A DNA stretch of 52,091 bases from Octopus sinensis (GCF_006345805.1 NW_021834430.1:1-52091); one strand, 5' to 3'; shown: positions 37,596 to 51,012, counted from the stretch's first letter. Program-made: numbers and translations. The notes: generated from the letters alone by a model not told the origin.

Positions 37596-38142
37596 TTGAG
37601 CAGTGCATGCCATCAAAGTGACACTGGGGTAAAATATACGAAGCCCAGTATACCCATCATGACTACCCGTCTGATAAAGGTACACCAGGCACATGCATCA
37701 CAACTATATGTGCGCGACATGGTGATCTCATATCAAGATAAACAGCACATGACCTTGCAGGTAGGGCCCAGTTAGAATTTTCTTCTGGTCGAGTAACCCA
37801 TCCGCTCAAAAGGTCCCTGAATAAGGATTGTTTAAGGATGTTGAACGAAACACCCATGTTTCCAAAGGTTAATTATCCAAACCTCCAAGAATTTCTTTCA
37901 ACACATGGCTATGATGCTCCCCCACTACTTCTGCTCGTGACCAGAGATGCACATATCGTCAGCCACTAAGGGACATGCTCAACTGGTTAAGGTCAAACAA
38001 CTGACAAGCAAATCTGTGGTATTGAGCAGAATATTTGCTGTAGCCCATCTTTTATACCAAGACAAAACAATGTACATGATAACACTTCCAATCAGTTAAG
38101 ATCAGAAGCCATGAGAGCCACGGCCTGGTACTGCATCAGGGC
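37596..38142 (+). repeat. Interspersed non-coding repeat of about 550 bp, apparently full length
   Basis: Matches 20282-20749 in reverse; flanked by (ATT)-type repeats on both sides. Confidence 0.85.
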
Positions 38143-38191
<49 letters not shown>

Positions 38192-38714
38192 GCGACCGGC
38201 CCTGTCTTTTCGTATACATACGAGCACCATGTTCAATGTACCCTTCCTTTGTCTTTTTCTTCTTTTTTTTTTAAACGGTAATTGTTTGCTTTGATTGGAA
38301 TGAAATGTGACCTGCTATTTCTAGCTTAACGAAAATCCATATAGAGAACTCATTCGCCGCCGGGGTTGGGGGTGGGGCTACCACCACCACCACCACTGCC
38401 GCCGCTGCCATCACCATCCCCGCTACCAACTACACTTAATGTAGTTTAAAGTAGCTGGAGCTTTATGCTTGACGCGGAATTGGCAGTTTAGTTTCAGTTT
38501 GACCTTCACCTAAAGTTACTCGAAGACAGAGTAACGCAAACCAGAGAGGTTTTAAGGCTGGGATTAATGTCAAGGTTGACTGCGTGCGGCAGCCATTACA
38601 AATTCGCCTATCCATTAATCTTTTCATGCGTAAATCCGTATCTTCTTACTTGATGCATGCGTTTATAAAATAATCTCTGATTATATATATATATATATAT
38701 ATATATACTTCACA

Positions 38715-38770
<56 letters not shown>

Positions 38771-39052
38771 GTCTGTCTGTTAGTATGCCTGTCTGTCTTT
38801 CTCAGTTTTCTCCCCCCCCCTCTATCATTCCCCCACTCTCTAACCGAAACCCGAGCTGAAGGTTCAGTTTCTTTTACGTTTTTTTCTTTCAGAGATCAAC
38901 AAAACGATGCGGCCAGATATGAAAGCACGAAACAGGAATATTCGTTCTGCTTTCATTTCTTTCTTTTTTGTTTTTTGTCTTCGACTTGTTAACCTTTCAC
39001 GAAAATATCACATTGAAAATCTAATTCTACTTCATGTATATATCTATCTATC

Positions 39053-39171
<119 letters not shown>

Positions 39172-39334
39172 TTATCTATCTATCTGTCTGTCTGATTTGT
39201 TTTTTTTTTTTGTTTTTGTTAAAGCTTGATACTTATGTTATCGGTCCCTTTTGCCGAACCGTTAGGTTACGGCGACGTAAACACGCCAACACCTGTAGTC
39301 AAGTGCTAGTGGCGGACAATACACACACACACAT

Positions 39335-39370
<36 letters not shown>

Positions 39371-39732
39371 GAGCCTCGTTCGATTTGTTTTGCTCCGCCT
39401 CTGTTCTGTTTTTGTTTTTTCCAACGGATTTCCTATTTCTTCCTGAAGAGAAAGACACAATATGGTCTTATTATTCAATCGGAATTTGGTAAATTGTGCC
39501 TTTCGAAACACGTGTAGAATGCAATAAAACGATTTTTGTTCAATCTTCGTTCAACTCCATTTCTTCAATTCACTAATAATATTAAAATTCAATTATCCGC
39601 ACCAACGCACGGTTGCAACACCATATGGTTGTCCTCCAACCGTGCTGTCTTCTGCTGTGATTTTGCTACCAAGGTAATCGGTTAAACTTTGATTACTCTG
39701 CAACAATATTATTCATCTTTCTATTTCACAAT

Positions 39733-39774
<42 letters not shown>

Positions 39775-39777
<3 letters not shown>

Positions 39778-39930
39778 GACGGACTTCTTTCAGTTTCCAG
39801 CTATCAAATCCACTCACAACGCTTTGGTCGGCCCGAGGCTATAGTAGAAGATACTTGTCCAAGGTGCCACGCAGTAGGATTGAACTCGGAAACATGTGGT
39901 TGGTAAGCAATCTTTTTACCACACAACCAC
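39775..39930 (-). mobile_element. SINE family B 5' half
   Basis: Reverse head and CORE-like block abutting (TA)n. Confidence 0.8.
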
Positions 39931-40210
39931 GCTGCACCTACACACACACACACACATACACACAACACACACACACACACACACACCACACACACACATG
40001 TATATATATATATAAGCTTAGATAAATTTAGATATGTTTCGACCAAAGATTGGTCCAGGCCAGAGATTGGTCAAGTTTTGTTTATGGTCCATTGAAGTAG
40101 TGAGTTCTTGTTGGGTGAAATCACAAAAAAAAAACAAAAGACGAAGACAGTTGGTGTAGACAACAAACAGATGTATTAATATTTGTGAATTCTCCCTATA
40201 TATATATACA

Positions 40211-40287
<77 letters not shown>

Positions 40288-40951
40288 TATCCGTCCAGGC
40301 AACCAGCCACCCAGCCATCTACCACCCTATTTATCATTTAAAGTAGCTTCCAGTGATTAAATACATTCACTGCAGATACAGGCAAACATATTTGAACCCT
40401 AAACCCTAACTGTAGCTTTCGGCAGAAAAACAGGAGAATTGCTAAGCTGGTCGTTCGTCTTCCCTGGACCATCCTCCAGTTGGCGGTTCCTCACATCCTA
40501 CCTCCAAAGGGATTATCGGATCAATCAGAATAACCTTTATTTAAGCTGTTACTTTATCATAGTGAGGTCTGCAGGGAAGGAAAGAGAAAGAGCATTGAAC
40601 AGTGGTTCTCATCCGGGGTCAGTATGATACCCTGGGGATCCATATAAGACTTTTGGGGTCCAATAAGCTGTGTTCTCATCCAGGGTCCATATAGGACTTT
40701 TGGAGGTCCAAGCAAGCAAAATTGTAAATTGCAGAACTACGGTAGTATTTATTCTTTTACTCTTTTACACGTTTCAGTCATTTGACTGCGGCCACGCTGG
40801 AGCACTGCCTTTGCAAGCCTAGCACTTATTCTATCGGTCTCTTTTACCAAACCACGAGGTTCGGGGATTTAAACACATCCACATTGGTTGCCAAGCGATG
40901 GTGGTGGGACTAACATAGACTAAGACACATACATATGCATGCTATATATAT

Positions 40952-40993
<42 letters not shown>

Positions 40994-41032
40994 GCTGATA
41001 TATATATATATTATATATATATATATATATAG

Positions 41033-41267
41033 CAAAACATCCGGACACTTAGGTGATACAAAAAGGGGACAACGAAACATCCAGATAGACGATTACAAAA
41101 AAAAACAAGACGTGTCATTCGAAGCTTTCTATCCTCGCAAGGATGATCTCCTTCGTGACTGAGGATAGAAAGCATCGAATGATCCGTCCTTGTGATTTTT
41201 TGTTTTTTGTATCGTCTATCTGGATGTTTTGTCGTCCCTTTGTATCACCTAATTGTCCGGATGTTTG
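41033..41267. repeat. 235-bp fold-back palindrome embedded in (TA)n
   Basis: Arms 41033-41136 and 41161-41267 are reverse complements with scattered mismatches. Confidence 0.85.
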
Positions 41268-41976
41268 GCGTTCTTGTCCCATTTTGTTTTATATATACAT
41301 ACATACATACTATATATATATATATTATATTATAATAATATATATATATCTATATATATATATACTATATATATATATATATATGTAAGAAAGTATATAT
41401 GCAAGAAAGTATACCAGTTCAATAAGGAATAGACATTAATGTTTCATTTCATTTCTTCTTACTATATTATTTTATATCTTACATTAATATTAGACGATTA
41501 TAAATGAAACGTGAAAAACAGAGTTGGAATTCCTTTGAGTAATATATTCTTCTATACACAATCATACAAAACCGTTGTGTGTGTGTATATATGTATATAT
41601 ATATATATATATACGACGGGCTTCTTTCAGTTTCTGTCAGCCCGAGGCTATAGAAGACACTCGCTCAATGTGCCACGTAGTGGGACTGAACCTAGACCCA
41701 TGTGGTTGGGAAGCATGGTTCTCACCACACAGCCACTCCTGTGCCTGAGGGATCTTTTATTTATTTATTCTTTTACTCGTTTCGGTCATTTGACGGCGGC
41801 CATGCTGGAGTAACATTAAAAATTCTTTTCTTTAGATGTACTTATTGCGAGAAACAGGTTTCTTTCCCGAACGCTTTACGCAGTTCACCATGTTTGTGGT
41901 CAATGAAATACGTTCTCCCACCCATTGAGACAGAACTTGAAACCACGAGGCTGACATGGAAATGGTGTGGAAGTTC

Positions 41977-42019
<43 letters not shown>

Positions 42020-42624
42020 GTGTGTGTGTGTGTGTGTGGTGTGTGTTTGTCTCTGTGTGTGTGTGTGTGAGTGTTGTTTCTATATCTTCACAATGATTGG
42101 AGGAGATTTGGTTGCTATTTCTAGCCCGCCGTTCGACCGGTTAGTCACGCTCATTGGCTTCAAGTACATTCCAAGTCACTTTTGTAACGGAAGACAATAT
42201 TCTTCATTTTATCCACCACACAGAAATCTTTATGTTCCATTTTATTTCATTGCTTATTTGCAAGATTGTCATTTTGGTTCCACTGAAGTCGATGACACAG
42301 AATGGTTGACCGCTCTGACAATGGTTTCAAAAATGCTTCGAAGAATTCTGCGAAGAATTATCCAATTTTCCGCGAGACTAGAAACACAAAAGACGATTGA
42401 ACCAACTGTTTAAATACGGTTCAATAGTCTTAGCATACCGATGATGGCGATGATGATGATGACGATAATGAAGATGATGATGATGATGATGACGATGATG
42501 AAGGTGATGATGTAAAGGAGGAGGTTGATAAAATGATAACGTAGTGATGATGATGATGGCGGTGGTATCAGGTAACCAATGGTTGTGGACGGGCTTCGCA
42601 CAGCCATTCTACTTGGTTTTTATA

Positions 42625-43010
42625 CTCTTACTCTTTTACTTGTTTCAGTCATTTGACTGCGGCCATGCTGGAGCACAGCCTTTAGTCGAGCAACTCGACC
42701 CCGGGACTTATTCTTTGTAAGCCCAGTACTTATTCTATCGGTCTATTTTGCCGAACCGCTAGATAACGGGGACATAAACACACCAGCATCGGTTTTCAAG
42801 CAATGCTAGAGGGACAAACACAGACGCACAAACACACACACGCATATATATATACATATATACGACGGGCTTCTTTCACTTTCCGTCTACCAAATCCACT
42901 CACAAGGCTTTGGTCGGCCCGAGGCTATAGTAGAACACACTTGCCCAAGATGCCACGCAGTGGGACTGAACCCGGAACCATGGTTGGTAAACAAGCTACT
43001 TACCACTTAT
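42625..43010 (-). mobile_element. SINE family B, full length
   Basis: Reverse complement of 4325-4740. Confidence 0.9.
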
Positions 43011-43073
43011 TTAATTATTCTTAAACCTACACAAGCACATTTACACACACACACGCGCGCGCGCGCGCGCGCA

Positions 43074-43113
<40 letters not shown>

Positions 43114-44019
43114 GCACACAAACACACTACTGGCCTTATACTAATCCCCATAACAAGTCCTTTCTCCCCGATCGATCCCCTAGAACTGTTTCCCTGCTCA
43201 TGCACTTCTGAGAGATTTCTCCGTCACATGGTTAACCGCCAGCCATATTTTTTCGATCTCTTTCATTTATTCTTTCTTTCAGCTTGCCTTTTCTTTATCT
43301 TTCTTTCTTTCTTTCTTTCATTCATTCATTCGTGTACTTTTTCTCTTCCTTCATTCTTTTTCCTTCGTCTTCCTGTCTACTCATATATTATTACTAGTCT
43401 TTCATATATATATATACACCAGTGAAAAGAAGATATCAGGATTTAAACATACATTCCGTACAAGTCAATATATGTCGTCTGTCTTTGTTGGAAGTTAAGT
43501 GTGAAACCGGAAATGGGAGGAGATATCCGTTTATGGATGTCTTTTCACTGCTCTGCCGTTGTGAGTTAAGTTCGAGGCAAATAACAACAACAACAGCAAC
43601 AATTATAATTCTTTGTATATACTATGTATACTTTTATCGTAGTCCACTAGCTTTTCATTTCTTTATCCCCACACTTTATGTAAATCCCAGTACAGATTTG
43701 TTGTCTGTCCTTGTGATGCTCCCCGGCAAACCACCACCAACTACCACATCATCTATTGCCCCCCCCGTGGCAAGCTTTCCCCCTTTCATCCTTTCGGGGT
43801 CGATAAAATAAGTAGCAGTCGAGCACTAGGGTTTGATGTAATCGACTTTAACCCCCTGCCCCACCCAAAATTGGAGGCCATGGCGCCTATTAGGGGAAAG
43901 AATTATATGCCCTCGTGACTAATAAAAGAAATCATCATCAGCAGCAGCAGAAGCAGCGGCGGCGGCGGTGGTGGTGGTGGTGAAGTTTTCTAGGGATTGT
44001 TGAACTTGGTGATAGTTGT

Positions 44020-44230
44020 TGTTCAGTCGCCAAGTCAACCCCGATCGAACAGACGACCCCACGATCAAAGATATTCCAGCCGTGACCATCCCGTCTTCTT
44101 TTCCATCTGTATTGGAATCCAGGCCCACGCTTATTACTGAATGTTTCCTCATTTATTTTAAGACGGTGAGGTGTAAACAATGAGGGAGATTTTTTAACTA
44201 TTTCTAGCAGGCCAAGCGACCAAAAGAGAG
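44020..44230 (+). repeat. Old interspersed repeat ending GCTATTTCTAGCAGG
   Basis: Related segments at 44930-45115, 42105-42130 and 38310-38325, and in reverse at about 36585-36605 and 30600-30780. Confidence 0.55.
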
Positions 44231-44805
44231 GATCCTTTGTTGACTTGCGGTGCTGGGTTGGTTACTGCCACTGGTTGTGTTGACAGTGGTGATGGTGGGG
44301 GTGGCGATTATTGGCTTGTAGTCTGATGGTTATGGTGGTAATAAAAATAATGGCTACTGCGGTGTTGGTGGTAGTTTTAGTACCGATGGTATCAGTAGTA
44401 GTAGTGGTGGTAAAATTATCGAAGGTAGAAATATGGTGGTGATGGTGGTAGTAGTAGTAGTAGTGACTATTGCTAAGTTAGTAAAAACAGTGGTGGTGGT
44501 AAGTTTTGGAAGTAGTAAGAGTTAGTGATATCGATGTAGGTGGCGATAACGGTGATGGCGGTGGTGGTGGTGGCGGGAGAATGGTTGTTTGCTTGTGGTG
44601 TGGAAATAGAAACAAACCACCAACACTAGCACTGATACCACCACTACCACCACCACAACAACAACAACCTACACCACCATCACCACCACTACCAACAGCT
44701 ACACCACCACCACCGCCACCACTTACAAAACCTCCACCGCCGCTATTTTTTGGTAGCGAAGGTAGTGTTTAAAGAGGTAAAACTAGCAGCAGCAGCAGCA
44801 GCAGT

Positions 44806-44890
<85 letters not shown>

Positions 44891-45119
44891 TTGGTGTGGT
44901 ATGGTGGTGGTGGTTTTAGCCCTAGGTGATTCCTGATCTATCAAGAATCATGTCAGAAACCGTGACCATCCCTCGTTATTCCCAGCCACAGTCAGTGCAT
45001 AAGTGCATCCGGAACCCTACATCATCCATCAATAAACGTGTCCTTCTTTATCAAGAGAGCAGGTGCGTGTGCGTGTGTAATTTGATAAAGATTTAGCAGC
45101 TATTTCTAGCAGGTCGAAC

Positions 45120-45330
45120 AGCTTCTTCCTCCGCTCCGCCCCGCTCCGCTCCGCCCCGCTCCGCCAGTGGTGAGAGAAACGCCAGTGCAAAAGAAGGCGG
45201 TCGGACGGTAGCGGCGGCGACGATGACGCGAGAAGAAGAGGGACTGCGAATAGTTGTTACGCGAGAGAGTGAGGGTGTGAGGGACGGAGAAAAAGGAGGT
45301 GCTAGGGTTTCGTGGTGGGACACGAAGACT
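45120..45330. promoter_or_regulatory. CpG/GC-rich island with tandem GC boxes (candidate promoter or enhancer)
   Basis: (CCGCT/CCGCC)n run with two CCGCCCC boxes; locally dense CpG in an AT-rich background. Confidence 0.3.
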
Positions 45331-45477
45331 AGGGTGGTGGTGGTGGTGGTGGTGGTGGTGTGGTGGTGGTGGACTTGAAAAGGGCAAGGAGGACTTGCTT
45401 ACAAAAGGAGAGGTGCTAAAATTTGTGGGGTATCTTTTTGACAAGTTTACTTAACTTCATACAAGAGTTGTTTGGTC

Positions 45478-45510
<33 letters not shown>

Positions 45511-46014
45511 GGTGGCTGACAGGGTGGCTGACAGGGTGGCTGACAGGGCGGCTGGCTGTTTAGTCTCATTTATTCATTTATTTATTTCAGTTCCATTGGT
45601 AGTGGCATTGAACGGGGTGGGGGGTGATGGGGGGGGGGGGGGAAGAGAGGGAGGAGGACAAGGAGTAAGCAGATGAAACCTTAAAAATAGATTTGTTTGT
45701 TGTTTGCAGTTCGTCCTTTGTTTTATTTTTATTTCTGTTTGTTTTAGATCTTATTTATATTTTTATTTATTCATTTATTTATTACTTTTTTTTGGAGTTG
45801 AACCCCATAGATTTTCAACATGAACTGTTAGGTTAAAAGTGCCCCAGTACTACTAATACCCCAAGTCAAAAATACACGCCAATCTGACGTTCTATCTATC
45901 TACCTTTAATATTGGACCCCTTCTTCGAGGCCTTGGAGTCGAATGAAGTCACCCCTTAATTCGGTACTGCTATTTAGTTAATCAGATACGAATGTGAGTT
46001 ATCTTCATATATAT

Positions 46015-46350
46015 AGGCGCAGGCGTGGCTGTGTGGTAAGAAGTTTGCTTCCTAGTCACACGGCTTCGAGTTCAGTCCCACTGCGTGCACCTACGCCAAC
46101 TGTCCTCTGCTATAGCCCTTGGGCCGACCAAAGCTTGTGTGTGTGTGTGTGCGTGTGTGTGGTACCACTGCTTGGCAACCAGGCTTGGTGCGTTTACATC
46201 CCCGTAACTTAACGGTTCGACAAAAGATACCGATAGAATAAGTACTTGGTTTCAAAAAATGATGAGTACTGGGGTGATTCATTCGACAAAGAATTCTTCA
46301 ACCCGATGCCCCAGCATGGCCGCAGTCTAATGATTGAAACAAAGAAAAGA
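46015..46350 (+). mobile_element. SINE family B, internally deleted
   Basis: Head, (TG)n centre and second half all recognisable. Confidence 0.8.
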
Positions 46351-47150
46351 ATAAAAGAAAAGACAGAAAAAAACAAGATATTAATCAATTATAAGCAGTA
46401 TTACCGAGAGGTAAAGAAGTGAACGCCTTGCCAAAGTGTGGATGACAAACACAAACATGCACGCACACACGGGCTTCAACACAGTTTCTATCTGTTAAAT
46501 TGACTCACAAGGCATTGACCAAACTTGGGTTAATGTAGAAAACAGTTGCTCAAAGTGCCATGCAGTGTCGCCGAGCCTCAAACCACGTGATTGCGAACTC
46601 TTTACTTTCAGATTTTTTGTTTTTGTTTTTACCATCTCGGAGACAGGGACAATGAAATAAATAAAAAGTTTTGGAAACTCTGTGACTATCAAACTGAACT
46701 GTTGCCAACACACATCCACGTTAATATGAATCCCCTATATGTTTAGAATGTGAGGTGTCCTTAGAAGACGCAGACCACCTCGTGCTGTACTTACTCTTCG
46801 ATCATTTTCAACGTAGGGCAAAGGAGAGGATTGACTTCACGAAGTCAACACTCATTGGATATCAAATATAAATTTAGGGATATTAATGACACTTGACGAA
46901 ACAACAACAATAAAGGACTACTTCTTATTTATTTGACTAACTATACTATTTTTATTTCACTTCCGCCAACATTCCACCTTATTTTACTGCTACTATTCTG
47001 ACGACGGGCCCGTAGCCAAATCGTTAGATTCTTCCACAATTTTTTATTCACCTCACCACTACCGAACTTATTTGAAACCTTCATACAGACATAGCACATC
47101 CACACACACATATGAGAAATCGACTACACACGTTGTTGGATGTATATATA

Positions 47151-47193
<43 letters not shown>

Positions 47194-47389
47194 ATATTAC
47201 ATATATACACATATATGTGTGCATGTGTGTGACGAAATTCACATTTCATATTTTCAGATTTCTGTTTTTTAATATTCAAAACTGATTTATGATCAAACAC
47301 AATCAAATACGAATCTTTTTTACATTCATTATTTATACTGCCTGTACAACACACAACATGGCGGGTTTACGTAACCTATTTCTTAAATC

Positions 47390-48054
47390 TAGTAGTTCTC
47401 AACTTGGGTCATATGATTTCTGGAGCCCGTATAAATTTTGAGGAGTCCACATAAGCGAAATAGTAAATTGGGGATCCATAGTAGTATCTTAAGGATCCAG
47501 GGGGAAATGTTTTGCTTTAGATGTATGTGGCGTAAAGAATGTTTGCCAACATAACATGGCAGTCCTGGTTTAGGACTATTATTGCTGTAATTTAGCCCCA
47601 GGAGACATCGTCTCCAGCTGGCTATACGACACGATCTGTGTCCTTATATTTTCGAACAAGGGAATCTAGCACCCCAACTCAGCTCAAAACAATATCTGTG
47701 TATCGCGATTTCCGGGTTATTCGCCTTCATCAGCACAGATGTACTGTTGCTAGATATCTCTTGTTGTAAGATTTACAAATAGCAATTTTCTAATTCAGAT
47801 ATATTTATTGCAAGAAGCAGCTGGGTTTCTTTTTCAAATGCTTAACATCGTTGAACGTGTATCCGGCCAAGGAAACATGCTCTCAAATGAGTACAACCCT
47901 ACACTAGCAGATATATATGAAAATCAAAAGAGGAATTTTGTAAGAAATAACTATAAAATTACTTGTTAAAAATGGAATGGGGATGAGGTCCATCAGAATA
48001 AAACAGCAATGAAAGTGGTCCCTCCATAAGTAAAAGAATGGTTGAAAATCACTG
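47390..48054. mobile_element. hAT-type MITE with an internal insertion
   Basis: TAGTAGTTCTCAAC / GTTGAAAATCACTG termini; 8-bp flanks CTTAAATC and CTTTAATC (7/8 match). Confidence 0.65.
47694..47740 (-). ncRNA. Minimal type I hammerhead ribozyme motif (Penelope type), stem II damaged
   Basis: ATCTGTG-CTGATGA-A-GGCG-AATAA-CCCG-GAAA-TCGCG-ATA-CACAGAT: perfect core, 7-bp stem I, palindromic ATCGCGAT stem III. Confidence 0.7.
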
Positions 48055-48199
48055 CTTTAATCCGTTTACTTTTGTTGATTGGCAAATGAGCTTGAAATAT
48101 TTAAGGGCTTCTAAACCTTCTCCTTTTTCAATTGTAAGAAGCTCTCTGTCTTCATTGTTTTCTTAATTTGTTTCTGTATCCCAATGCTTTACTCTAGAA

Positions 48200-48496
48200 C
48201 AGAGGTTCTCACACTTTCTCACATAATACCCTCAGCTCCCCAACCCCTATTTCTATGTATAAACACTTTATATTTTACTAATTTATATATACTATGTATG
48301 AATCATTTGATATTTGATATAATTTTAGATAATTTGTATACAATACTATAATAATATTAAAATAAATTCATAGCGTTCCCCAATCCACTACTTTCCTCCC
48401 TATGCTACTTTTTCTCTACCCCCACCTCTGCACCACCCCCTTAGACATCAGCGCCCACCGGTAGATGGTAGCGCCCACTTTGAGGACCTACGTATG
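48200..48496. mobile_element. hAT-type MITE
   Basis: CAGAGGTTCTCA start; perfect 8-bp TSD CTCTAGAA at 48192-48199 and 48497-48504. Confidence 0.75.
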
Positions 48497-48624
48497 CTCT
48501 AGAACGATCCTCCTTTTAATTAATGAATTTATATGTTTTTATATTTTTTTATTTACTTATTTATTTAAAGTTTATGCGTTCCGTAACCAGCGTTCGAAAC
48601 AGTGGGTCCTTTTTTTTTTATCTT

Positions 48625-48862
48625 TTCCATGTTTCTGTCATTGAACTGTGGTCATGTTGGGGCACTGACTTGAAGGGGTATTTTTTTTTTTGTTTTTTAG
48701 TTGAACAAATTGATCTCAGTACGTACCTTTAAAGTCTGACGCCTATTCCATTTGTCTCTTTTACCGAAACGCTAATGCACAAGATTGTAAACCAAACCAC
48801 ACCGATTATCAAGCAGTGGTAGTGGACACACACACACACACACCACACACCACCACACACAT

Positions 48863-48904
<42 letters not shown>

Positions 48905-49140
48905 TATATACTTGTAAATGTGCATATTTATATATATATACATATGCACATTTACAAGTACACACCACACTATATATATATAGGACGGACTTTTCCCAGT
49001 TTCCATCTACCAAATCCACTCACAAGCCTCTGGTTTGCCCGGGGTTATTATAGTAAATGGCACTTACGCAAGGTGCCGTACAGTGGAATTGAACACGGAA
49101 CTATGTGGTTGGAAAACAAACTTACTATCACACAGCTACC
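48625..49140 (-). mobile_element. SINE family B, diverged
   Basis: Both halves present in reverse around an expanded microsatellite. Confidence 0.75.
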
Positions 49141-49769
49141 CACTACACCTAATAATAATTTGGGGGGGGATAATATTTTTTTTTCTTGAAACATTACTTA
49201 TTTCGGTCAGTTTTATGTGGCCCAGAAAAAGACCTCAATTCCCCCCACCACCCCACCCGTATTGGGGATGCGCAATAATCAACTGCTCTAGATTTTGAAA
49301 AACAAACACACTAATTGAAACATTCTTGAGTGCTACATTCAGTAAATCTGTGTAGCTTTTGCGCGTGATCGGTACGCCATTTCACGTGTAATAGACCTGA
49401 CCTTTGTACTCATTGTCACGTGTCCAGCTTTCATAAATAACTTCATTCAATAGAGTTAAACATCATCTCAAATGTCCGACATGTTTTGGCTTATAATCTT
49501 TTTGTTTTCGGAATGTTTTTGTCTTTGTTTTTGACCGATTTAAAATGTTTTTTAATCTACAGCAGTCCCAGTTTTTTTTCTAACTGATGTATGTGCGTAC
49601 AGCACAGATTGAACCCGCACAAAGAAGTTTGTAACAGTACCGTTATCCTTGGTAAAGTAAGGTCGATGAAATAAAGTATCAGTTAGGTACCGGAATTAAT
49701 TGTATTGACTAACTAGACCCCATCAAAATCGCCTAATTTTGAAACAATTATTATTAATATTATTGAGTA

Positions 49770-50170
49770 AGTTTGAGAATCGTTAGGACGGCGGGCGAAA
49801 TGCTTAGTGGTATTTCGTCTGTCTTCACGTTCTGAGTTCAAATTCCACAGAAGTCGACTCTGCTTTTCATCCTTTTGGGGTCAATAAATTAAGTACCAGT
49901 CGAGCACTGAGGTCAATATAATCGACTTACTTACCCCACTTCCAAATTTCAGACCTTGTGGCTTAAGTAGAAAGGATTATTGTTGTTGTTGTTGTTGTTG
50001 TTGTTATTATTATCAAGGCGGCGAGCTGGCAGAATCGTTAGCACGTCGAGAAAATGCATAGCGGTATTTCGCCCGTTGCTAGTTCAGAGTTCAAATTCTG
50101 TCGAGGTTGACTTTGCGTTTCATACTTTCGGGGTCGATAAATTAAGTACCAGTGAAACACTGGGGTAGAT
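49770..50170 (+). mobile_element. Two SINE family A copies
   Basis: Heads at about 49770 and 50016 with the family A core. Confidence 0.85.
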
Positions 50171-50757
50171 TTGATCAAGTTACAGCTGTTATTAGAATAG
50201 TTGTTCATAGGTCATTGAGAAAAGATTTTCGTATACACCAACTACGCCATCTTCAGAGACGAAGAATTAAGGAATATTTTTTAGATATTCCTTAACCCTT
50301 ATTCTTCCAACTCCTTAGAAATTATATCTGGATTGTAAATTCTAAAGTGATACCATATGTTTTGCTTGTTCATTCTTTCTAATAACATATTCTAGACTCA
50401 GTCAGCACCAATCAGATAAAACCGTCAAAAACACTGAGCACTGAGTTATCATTTGATCCATGCCCTAATGGTTAGGGGTTGCACTCGCGATCGTGGGGTC
50501 GTGGTTTCAATTCCTGAACCGGCTGATGCATTGTGTTGTTGAGCATCAAACGTCATCTAACGTTACTCTGCGAACATCACTATCACACCTGACCTGTTGT
50601 GCACCTTGTAATCTACCAGTTCAGGCAACGTCCATTTCATTAAAGGTGTTTTGATGACAAGAAAACGAACTGTTTATGCAAAATAGTCTTTCTCAGACTA
50701 TAAGAAAACTACCAGCAATCTACATTTGTCCATATATATATTATATATATATATTAT

Positions 50758-50829
<72 letters not shown>

Positions 50830-50937
50830 TATGCATATATGTATATATATGCATATATATAAATATAATGCATATATATACATATATCTATCTATCTATC
50901 TATCTATCTGTCTATCTATATATATATATATATATAG

Positions 50938-51012
50938 CAGGTGGTGCTATTAAGTTAGACATGGCCTGGGCCAATAATGGCCGAAACCTATCAAAGTATC
51001 AAAGTATCAAAG
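50938..51012 (+). mobile_element. CR1-type LINE extreme 3' end
   Basis: CAGGTGGTGCTATTAAGTTAGACATGGCCTGGGCCAA matches 51810-51847; short (AAGTATC)n tail. Confidence 0.7.

Noticed and set aside
38095-38142. Faint 5S rRNA internal-promoter resemblance (GATC..GAAGC..GGCCTGG..TACT)
   Set aside because: Needs several gaps and sits at the wrong end for a 5S-derived SINE head.
41838-41965. Plus-strand acceptor followed by CTYCEK, and minus-strand GRTYFIDH (WW-like)
   Set aside because: No His pair for a zinc finger, no Trp residues placed for a WW domain, and no convincing donor; treated as chance.
50205-50262. Minus-strand CTGAAGA...GAAA as a fourth hammerhead
   Set aside because: Core motifs are present, but stems I and III cannot be formed convincingly.
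50267-50295. Perfect 11-bp hairpin TTAAGGAATAT/ATATTCCTTAA
   Set aside because: AT-rich and short, with no supporting context.
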